Shown here: in pieces, positions 52,794 to 58,886 of the stretch | How positions within the stretch are numbered: the first letter of the stretch is position 1 | Layout: the number at the start of each line of letters is the position of its first letter | Assembly: GCA_036397315.1 (NCBI GenBank) | Contig: DASWJG010000219.1 | Span: 1-58,886, forward strand | Reading direction: 5' to 3' | Origin: Methyloceanibacter sp. | Lineage (GTDB): Bacteria; Pseudomonadota; Alphaproteobacteria; Rhizobiales; Methyloligellaceae | Length of the DNA: 58,886 nucleotides | Notes under the pieces: generated by a model | Told to the model about the DNA's origin: nothing | Database searches by the model: none | The model's input: only the letters and a program-made list of their open reading frames with translations | Position numbers and translations under genes: made by a program

Positions 52794-53324
52794 ATGGCGA
52801 TCTACGAGCTTGATGGGACGAAGCCGGAGCTTCCGGCCGACGGCCTCTACTGGGTGGCGGACACGGCGGCAGTGATCGGGCGCGTGCGGCTCCATTCCGA
52901 TGTGAGCATCTGGTACGGCTCGGTGCTGCGCGGCGACAATGAGTGGATCGAGATCGGCGCGCGCTCGCAGGTCCAGGACAACGCCACGCTGCACACCGAC
53001 CCAGGCTTCCCTCTGACCATCGGGCGCGACTGCGCCATCGGTCATAATGTCGTGCTGCATGGCTGCACCATCGGCGATCAGAGCCTGATCGGCATGGGGG
53101 CGATCGTCTTGAACGGGGCTAAGATCGGCGCGAACTCCCTGGTCGGCGCCGGCGCGCTCATCACCGAAGGCAAGGAATTCCCCGACAATTCGGTGATCCT
53201 CGGCGCGCCGGCCAAGGCGGTGCGCGCGAGCGACGAGAAAGTGCGCGCCATGATCGCGCGGGCTGCAGATGTCTATGTCAAGCGCTGGAAGCAATACGCC
53301 GCGGGGCTCAAGCGCATCGGATGA
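52794..53324 (+). CDS. Gamma carbonic anhydrase family protein
   Basis: [15 protein letters not shown] and [13 protein letters not shown]; hexapeptide repeats. Confidence 0.95.
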   Translation: MAIYELDGTKPELPADGLYWVADTAAVIGRVRLHSDVSIWYGSVLRGDNEWIEIGARSQVQDNATLHTDPGFPLTIGRDCAIGHNVVLHGCTIGDQSLIGMGAIVLNGAKIGANSLVGAGALITEGKEFPDNSVILGAPAKAVRASDEKVRAMIARAADVYVKRWKQYAAGLKRIG

Positions 53325-56300
53325 GCAACGCCGGCAAGTGGCAGTTTTTCGTCGACCGTGGGGGCACGTTCACCGACATCGTGGCGCGGGCGCCTGACGG
53401 CAGGCTCCTCACCCGCAAGCTCCTCTCGGAAAATCCTGAAAGCTACGAGGATGCCGCTCTGGCCGGCATCGCCGATCTGGTCGGCTCCCCGCGCGGGCGG
53501 CCGCTCCTGTCGAATTTGATCGCAGGCGTCAGGATGGGCACCACCGTCGCCACCAATGCGCTGCTCGAGCGCAAGGGCGATCCCGTGCTGCTCATCGTGA
53601 GCCAAGGGTTCCGCGACGCGCTCGAGATCGGCTATCAGGCGCGGCCCAAGATTTTCGCGCGGAAGATTGAGAAGCCGTCGATGCTTTATGCCCGCGTTGC
53701 CGAGGTGCCCGAGCGCGTGCATGCCGATGGCGCCATCGAGACGCCGCTCGATCTGGAAGCGACGCGGCTCGCGCTTAAGGCCGCACGCGCCGACGGCATC
53801 TCCGCCGTAGCCATCGTCTTCATGCATGCTTACGCCTACCCGGCGCATGAGCGCGAGGCGGCCGCGCTGGCGCGCGAGGCGGGCTTCGCGCAAATCTCGG
53901 CAAGCCATGAGGTGAGCCCGCTCGTCAAGTTTGTCGGGCGCGGCGATACGGCGATAGTCGACGCCTATCTCTCGCCGCTGCTGCGGCGCTATGTCGACCG
54001 CGTCGCCAAAGCGCTCGCGGCCAGTCGTGACGCCGTGCCGAGGCTCCTGTTCATGCAGTCCTCCGGCGGGCTCACCTCCGCCAAGCTATTCAGAGGCAAG
54101 GACGCCATCCTGTCAGGACCGGCCGGCGGCGTGGTGGGGGCGGTGGAGACGGCGCGGATAGCAGGCTTCGCCAAGATCATCGGCTTCGACATGGGCGGCA
54201 CCTCGACCGATGTCTGCCACTATGACGGCGCCTATGAGCGCTCCTTCGAGAGCGTGGTGGCCGGCGCCCGCGTGCGCGCACCCATGATGCTGATCCACAC
54301 CGTCGCCGCAGGCGGGGGCTCGATCCTCCATTATGACGAGGCGCGCTTTCGCGTCGGTCCCGACTCGGCAGGCGCCGATCCGGGACCCCTCTCCTACCGG
54401 CGAGGCGGCCCACTCACCGTCACCGACGCCAACGTGATGACCGGAAAGCTGCAACCCGACTTCTTCCCGCGCATTTTCGGGCCAAAGCAAAACGATAAGC
54501 TCGACGACGTCGCCGTGCGTAAGGCCTTCAAGTCGCTCGCCCGCAAGCTCGGCGACGGCCGCTCCCCTGAAGAGATCGCCGACGGCTTCATCAGAATCGC
54601 GGTCGAGAACATGGCGAATGCGATCAAGACCATCTCCGTCCAGCGGGGCTATGACGTGACGGAGTATATGCTCAACTCCTTCGGCGGCGCCGGCGGGCAG
54701 CATGCTTGTCTCGTGGCCGACGTGCTCGGCGTCAGAAGCGTCTTGATCCACCCGCTGTCGGGTGTGCTGTCGGCTTTCGGCATGGGCCTCGCCTCGCTCA
54801 GCGCCACGCGCACCCGAACTGTGCTCAAGCGCCTCGACGAGGAGATCCTTGTCACGCTCGCCAAGATCCGCGCGTCCCTCGAAGACGAGGTGAGCCAAGA
54901 GCTCATGCGTCAAGGCGTCGATGAAGGCGCCATCACCATCATCGCCCAGGCCCATCTCCGTTACGCCGGCACCGATTCAAGCCTATTCATTCCGTTGGCA
55001 AGCCTGCGCGGCATGCGGGCGCTGTTCGAGATCGCGCATCAGAAGCGCTTCGGCTTCATCAGCCCGGAGAAGGACATCGAGATCGAGGCGATCGAGGTCG
55101 AGGCCAAAGGCGGCGGCGAGCCGATTGCTGAGCCTGAGTTTTCAATCAAAGTCGCGGGGCCGGCCAAACCCCATGTAACGACGCGGCTGTTCACAGGCGG
55201 GAGCTGGCACGAGGCGCCGACCTATTTGCGCGCCGACCTGGCGCCGGGGCACGTTAACGCAGGGCCGGCGCTCATCATCGAGGATCATCAGACGGTCGTG
55301 GTCGAGCCGGAATGGGAAGCCGCAGTCACCTCGCGCAATCATCTCCTGCTCACCCGCAGCGCGAAGAGAAAGCAGGCGCGGATCGGCAAAAAGGCCGACC
55401 CGGTGATGGTCGAAGTGTTCAACAATCTCTTCGTCTCGATCGCCGAGCAAATGGGCTATGCGCTGCAAAACACCGCACGTTCGGTCAACATCAAGGAGCG
55501 GCTCGACTTCTCCTGCGCCATCTTCGACGCACGGGGGCGCCTCATTGCCAACGCCCCGCACATCCCGGTGCATCTCGGCTCAATGGACAAGAGTGTCGAG
55601 ACGGTGCTGCGCGAGGTGGGGGAAAAGCTCAAGCCCGGCGACGCCTATATGCTGAACGCCCCTTATAACGGCGGCACGCATCTCCCCGACATTACCGTGG
55701 TTACGCCGGTGTTCGGCGAGAACAGCCCCGATCTCCTCTTCTTCGTGGCGGCGCGCGGGCATCACGCCGATATCGGCGGCATCGCGCCGGGCTCGATGAG
55801 CCCCAAGGCGACGCGGATCGAAGAGGAAGGCGTCTATATCGATCCGTTCAAGGTCGTGGCAAAAGGCCGCTTTCGCGAGGAGGCGGTGCTCCAGCTCCTC
55901 ACGAGCGCCCCCTACCCCGCGCGGAACCCAGCGCAGAACATTGCCGACCTCAAGGCCCAGGCCGCCGCCAACGAGAAGGGCGCGGCGGAACTCCGCAACA
56001 TGGTGCGCCATTACGGGCTTGGCACCGTGCGCGCCTATATGGGCCATGTGCAGGACAACGCGGCCGAGGCCGTGTCCCGCGTGATCGCGAGCCTGAAAAG
56101 CGCGCGCTTCGCGGTCGAGACCGATCAGGGCAACATCATCAAGGTCGCCATTAAGATCGATCGCAAGGCGAGAAAGGCGATCGTCGACTTCACCGGCACC
56201 AGCCCGCAAGCCTCCGACGCGTTCAATGCGCCGGAGCCGATCACGCGCGCTTGCGTGCTCTATGTCTTCCGCACGCTGGTCGACGAGGACATTCCGCTGA

Positions 56301-56935
56301 ACGCCGGCTGCCTCCGCCCCATCAAGATCGTCGTGCCCAAGGGCTCGATGCTGAAGCCGCGCTATCCGGCGCCGGTCGCGGCCGGCAATGTGGAGACGAG
56401 CCAGACTATCGTGAATTGCCTCTACGGCGCGCTCGGCGTGCTCGGCTCGGCACAAGGCACGATGAACAATCTCACCTTCGGCAACGAGCGTTATCAATAT
56501 TACGAGACGATCTGCTCGGGCGCGCCGGCCGGCCCCGGCTTCGACGGGGCGCCTGCGGTGCAAACGCATATGACCAATTCGCGTCTTACCGACCCCGAGG
56601 TGCTGGAGCTCAGATACCCCGTGCTGCTGGAGCGCTTCGAGATCGTGCGCGGCTCTGGCGGCAAGGGGAAATGGCGCGCCGGCGATGGCACGCTTCGCGT
56701 CATTCGCTTTTTGGAGCGCATGGAGTGCGCCATCCTGTCGGGCTTCCGCAAGGTCAGGCCGTTCGGTCTGTTGGGCGGCGCGGACGGACAGCCCGGCGAG
56801 AATTGGGTCAGGCGCAAGACCGGAGGGCTTGAACGGCTCAAGAGTTCCGACCAGACGCTGCTGGAAGAGGGCGAGGCGATCATCATCAAGACGCCGACCG
56901 GCGGCGGCTTCGGGAAGAAGAGCGAGCGGCGGTGA
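53321..56935 (+). CDS. oplA: ATP-dependent 5-oxoprolinase (fused hydantoinase A/B)
   Basis: [53 protein letters not shown] and TPTGGGFG motifs. Confidence 0.93.
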   Translation: MSNAGKWQFFVDRGGTFTDIVARAPDGRLLTRKLLSENPESYEDAALAGIADLVGSPRGRPLLSNLIAGVRMGTTVATNALLERKGDPVLLIVSQGFRDALEIGYQARPKIFARKIEKPSMLYARVAEVPERVHADGAIETPLDLEATRLALKAARADGISAVAIVFMHAYAYPAHEREAAALAREAGFAQISASHEVSPLVKFVGRGDTAIVDAYLSPLLRRYVDRVAKALAASRDAVPRLLFMQSSGGLTSAKLFRGKDAILSGPAGGVVGAVETARIAGFAKIIGFDMGGTSTDVCHYDGAYERSFESVVAGARVRAPMMLIHTVAAGGGSILHYDEARFRVGPDSAGADPGPLSYRRGGPLTVTDANVMTGKLQPDFFPRIFGPKQNDKLDDVAVRKAFKSLARKLGDGRSPEEIADGFIRIAVENMANAIKTISVQRGYDVTEYMLNSFGGAGGQHACLVADVLGVRSVLIHPLSGVLSAFGMGLASLSATRTRTVLKRLDEEILVTLAKIRASLEDEVSQELMRQGVDEGAITIIAQAHLRYAGTDSSLFIPLASLRGMRALFEIAHQKRFGFISPEKDIEIEAIEVEAKGGGEPIAEPEFSIKVAGPAKPHVTTRLFTGGSWHEAPTYLRADLAPGHVNAGPALIIEDHQTVVVEPEWEAAVTSRNHLLLTRSAKRKQARIGKKADPVMVEVFNNLFVSIAEQMGYALQNTARSVNIKERLDFSCAIFDARGRLIANAPHIPVHLGSMDKSVETVLREVGEKLKPGDAYMLNAPYNGGTHLPDITVVTPVFGENSPDLLFFVAARGHHADIGGIAPGSMSPKATRIEEEGVYIDPFKVVAKGRFREEAVLQLLTSAPYPARNPAQNIADLKAQAAANEKGAAELRNMVRHYGLGTVRAYMGHVQDNAAEAVSRVIASLKSARFAVETDQGNIIKVAIKIDRKARKAIVDFTGTSPQASDAFNAPEPITRACVLYVFRTLVDEDIPLNAGCLRPIKIVVPKGSMLKPRYPAPVAAGNVETSQTIVNCLYGALGVLGSAQGTMNNLTFGNERYQYYETICSGAPAGPGFDGAPAVQTHMTNSRLTDPEVLELRYPVLLERFEIVRGSGGKGKWRAGDGTLRVIRFLERMECAILSGFRKVRPFGLLGGADGQPGENWVRRKTGGLERLKSSDQTLLEEGEAIIIKTPTGGGFGKKSERR

Positions 56936-56955
56936 CGGCGCCAGCTCTTCGCCGC

Positions 56956-57339
56956 TTACAGTGGATCGATCTGGCTGATCTCCATGACGATGGGCGCATG
57001 GTGATGCGCGGTGTGGGCACTGAAGGGCGTACCACGAACATGCACGTCCTGGCCCACCAACCGTTTGATGCCCTCTAAGACTGCCTCATCGAAAGAGTAG
57101 ATGTGGATCGTCTCCGCTTCCTCAACGTTGTCCATCTCGTCAGAACCCGTCAGGCAGGTGGGGACTGGCAGGGTAAGGATGAAAGCCTGCTCCGGGCGTC
57201 CGGCGGCATCCTCGAAGGTCCCTTGCGAGAGATTGCCTTCGGCAATCTCTCCATCCTGGTTCGCCTGCATGCACTCGGCGGCAGCGGCCGGGGAGCCGAT
57301 CAATGCGGCAAGCGCCACCAAAATAATCAGAAGTCGCAT
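56956..57339 (-). CDS. Secreted protein, DUF4431-like
   Basis: Signal peptide; C-terminal VHVRGTPFSAHTAHHHAPIVM; RBS AGGAGAGG. Confidence 0.75.
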   Translation of the reverse strand: MRLLIILVALAALIGSPAAAAECMQANQDGEIAEGNLSQGTFEDAAGRPEQAFILTLPVPTCLTGSDEMDNVEEAETIHIYSFDEAVLEGIKRLVGQDVHVRGTPFSAHTAHHHAPIVMEISQIDPL

Positions 57340-57418
57340 GGACCTCTCCTGCATGCCGTGAAGACCATGGTACATGGTGTTCGGAGCTGTATCCAAGCAC
57401 CTAGGCGAGAACTGGCCA

Positions 57419-58402
57419 ATGCCGATTACGTTCAGGGCGAACAACGCAAGAGTCACGTATCCAGGCGGCACAGCTGAATGGGGGGGCAGAGGTGTTTCTT
57501 ATGAACAGAATGGCTTCTTCCTCTGCATGCGTGGCCACGATCATGGGCTCAGGGGTATCTCGCCCGGGTATGCCTTTACGCAGCGGGCGGCCGGTCCCAT
57601 AGAGCAATGGGTAACGAATGTGTTTGGCGCGGCAGATATTCGTCAAACCACATTTCAGCCCGGTCAGTGCTTCCAAAGGCTTTGGCGCCCCGGGATCGAC
57701 GGATTGAAATCGGCAGAACTCATATTGGCACCGTCTGCGGCCGCTCTAACTCAGGCAGCAATTAGCATTTCGCTTCTGCTAGAGAGGCTCGCCGCTCTTT
57801 CTCAATATGTCGATCTCGATGAACGCAATTTGGGTGTGTTTAGCCAACAATTACGAGAACTTCTCTTGCTCGCATGCATTGACGTGGAGGTATCATTCCG
57901 AGCGATATTCTCGTTGTCAGTTCCAAACACGACGGAGGATTCCAGGCTTACCACGGGGGACTACGTTCGCATCTGCGACCCATTTTTTCTGCGCGAGTAT
58001 GAAGTCAGGCTCCGCCACTTTCCCACGCTCCCAGGGTTCAGACCTTTTCAGGAATGGGATGCGGCACGCCCTACGGCAAGCCTTCCTTGGTTCTCCGCCT
58101 ACAACGCGATAAAGCACAACCGAGAAGGCGCGTTGAATCAAGCGACCTTGGGTGCTTGTCTGAACGCAGTCGCTGCGGCGGCAATCTTGTATTGCGCGCA
58201 GTTCAGCATCCCTGCAACGGGCGACTGGGCGCACGAACCATCATATGTTCTCAATCGATGGTTCGCAGTTGATCTAATTGATGCGGATCCCGCTACCTTT
58301 TATGTTCCGCCCGTCGCGATACCAAACGACCGCACTGATCAGCTCTGGATGTTCGACGGTAGAAACACTGCAAATTGGCAGCCCGGGGTTCGAGCAATTT
58401 GA
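57419..58402 (+). CDS. Hypothetical protein in an AT-richer stretch, possible HEPN-like nuclease (alternative start 57374)
   Basis: Long ORF with visibly lower GC; RELLLLACIDVE...TTGDY...PFQEW...LPWFSAYNAIKHNR. Confidence 0.7.
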   Translation: MPITFRANNARVTYPGGTAEWGGRGVSYEQNGFFLCMRGHDHGLRGISPGYAFTQRAAGPIEQWVTNVFGAADIRQTTFQPGQCFQRLWRPGIDGLKSAELILAPSAAALTQAAISISLLLERLAALSQYVDLDERNLGVFSQQLRELLLLACIDVEVSFRAIFSLSVPNTTEDSRLTTGDYVRICDPFFLREYEVRLRHFPTLPGFRPFQEWDAARPTASLPWFSAYNAIKHNREGALNQATLGACLNAVAAAAILYCAQFSIPATGDWAHEPSYVLNRWFAVDLIDADPATFYVPPVAIPNDRTDQLWMFDGRNTANWQPGVRAI

Positions 58403-58411
58403 CTGCGAATG

Positions 58412-58444
58412 AAAAAGGGCGCGGGACCGAAATCCCACGCCCTC
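58412..58444 (-). terminator. Rho-independent terminator of the DUF2852 gene (hairpin may also serve the + strand gene)
   Basis: Minus strand AGGGCGTGGGA-TTTCGG-TCCCGCGCCCT followed by TTTT. Confidence 0.75.
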
Positions 58445-58508
58445 GTCTGTCGTTGCCTCTCTAAACTCGTCGCTCGTTCGCAGGGTCGCTTTCCGAGCTT
58501 GACGTCGC

Positions 58509-58886
58509 TTATGACGTCGAGGGGACGGCTCCGCTTCTGCGTTCGGCCATGAACTGGTCGAACTCGGCCTTGTCCTTGGCATGGCGCAAGCGCTGCAAGA
58601 AGGCCTGGAACTCGTTCGCCTCCTCTTCCAGCCGCCGCAAGGTCTCCTCGCGATAGTCGTCGAAGGCGCGATTGCCGGTCGAGCGGAACGTGCTCATGCC
58701 GCCGCCGAAGCGGCGCGCCTCGGTCGCCAAGTAGTTCTTCCACTGCATCTTATTTCCGCATCCCATGCGTCCACTCCAGATCAGATAGGCCAAAACGCCA
58801 AGGCCGATGGGCCACCACAGAATGAAGCCGAGGATCATGGCTGTGATCCAGGCCGGCTTCCCGTACTCATCCAAGGTCGCAACCAG
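58509..58886 (-). CDS. DUF2852 domain-containing membrane protein (5' end probably outside window)
   Basis: AWITAMILGFILWWPIGL...STGNRAFDDYREETLRRLEEE...AKDKAEFDQFM. Confidence 0.9.
   Translation of the reverse strand: MVATLDEYGKPAWITAMILGFILWWPIGLGVLAYLIWSGRMGCGNKMQWKNYLATEARRFGGGMSTFRSTGNRAFDDYREETLRRLEEEANEFQAFLQRLRHAKDKAEFDQFMAERRSGAVPSTS

Noticed and set aside
57370-57382. GTAC-N5-GTTC resembling a LexA box
   Set aside because: The spacer is 5 nt rather than 7

Overview
High-GC alphaproteobacterial chromosomal segment; gene content and order suggest Hyphomicrobiales/Rhizobiales (inference). The backbone is a complete minus-strand dcw cluster (mraZ-rsmH-ftsL-ftsI-murE-murF-mraY-murD-ftsW-murG-murC-murB-ddl-ftsQ-ftsA-ftsZ-lpxC-bamD-recN-ligA). 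Also present are RNase P RNA (rnpB), fumC (3' part), an AsmA-family gene, a FAD oxidase, uvrD, prmA, aminopeptidase P, SemiSWEET, CDF and NCS2 transporters, a catalase, an amidase, djlA, a gamma-carbonic anhydrase-like gene and 5-oxoprolinase. I saw no tRNA, rRNA, CRISPR array, transposase or integrase. The most interesting parts are small accessory islets. (i) Downstream of uvrD, a secreted 8-Cys peptide gene has an alphaproteobacterial LexA-type box in its predicted promoter and lies between the uvrD 3' end and a degenerate duplicate of that end. It converges with a secreted protein ending in C-x5-C-x4-C-x5-C. (ii) Next to rnpB is an islet of a Crp/Fnr regulator, a YHS/tandem-domain periplasmic protein and a His/Met-rich protein with an FNR-type box. 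(iii) A PDZ-multiTM-GAF membrane sensor has no output domain. (iv) An AT-richer HEPN-like gene is a possible defence gene. Regulatory sites read from the sequence include MraZ repeats and CtrA-like, OxyR, FNR, CRP-like and DnaA boxes; REP-like palindromic elements are also present. All calls are by-eye motif recognition and no database searches were run.
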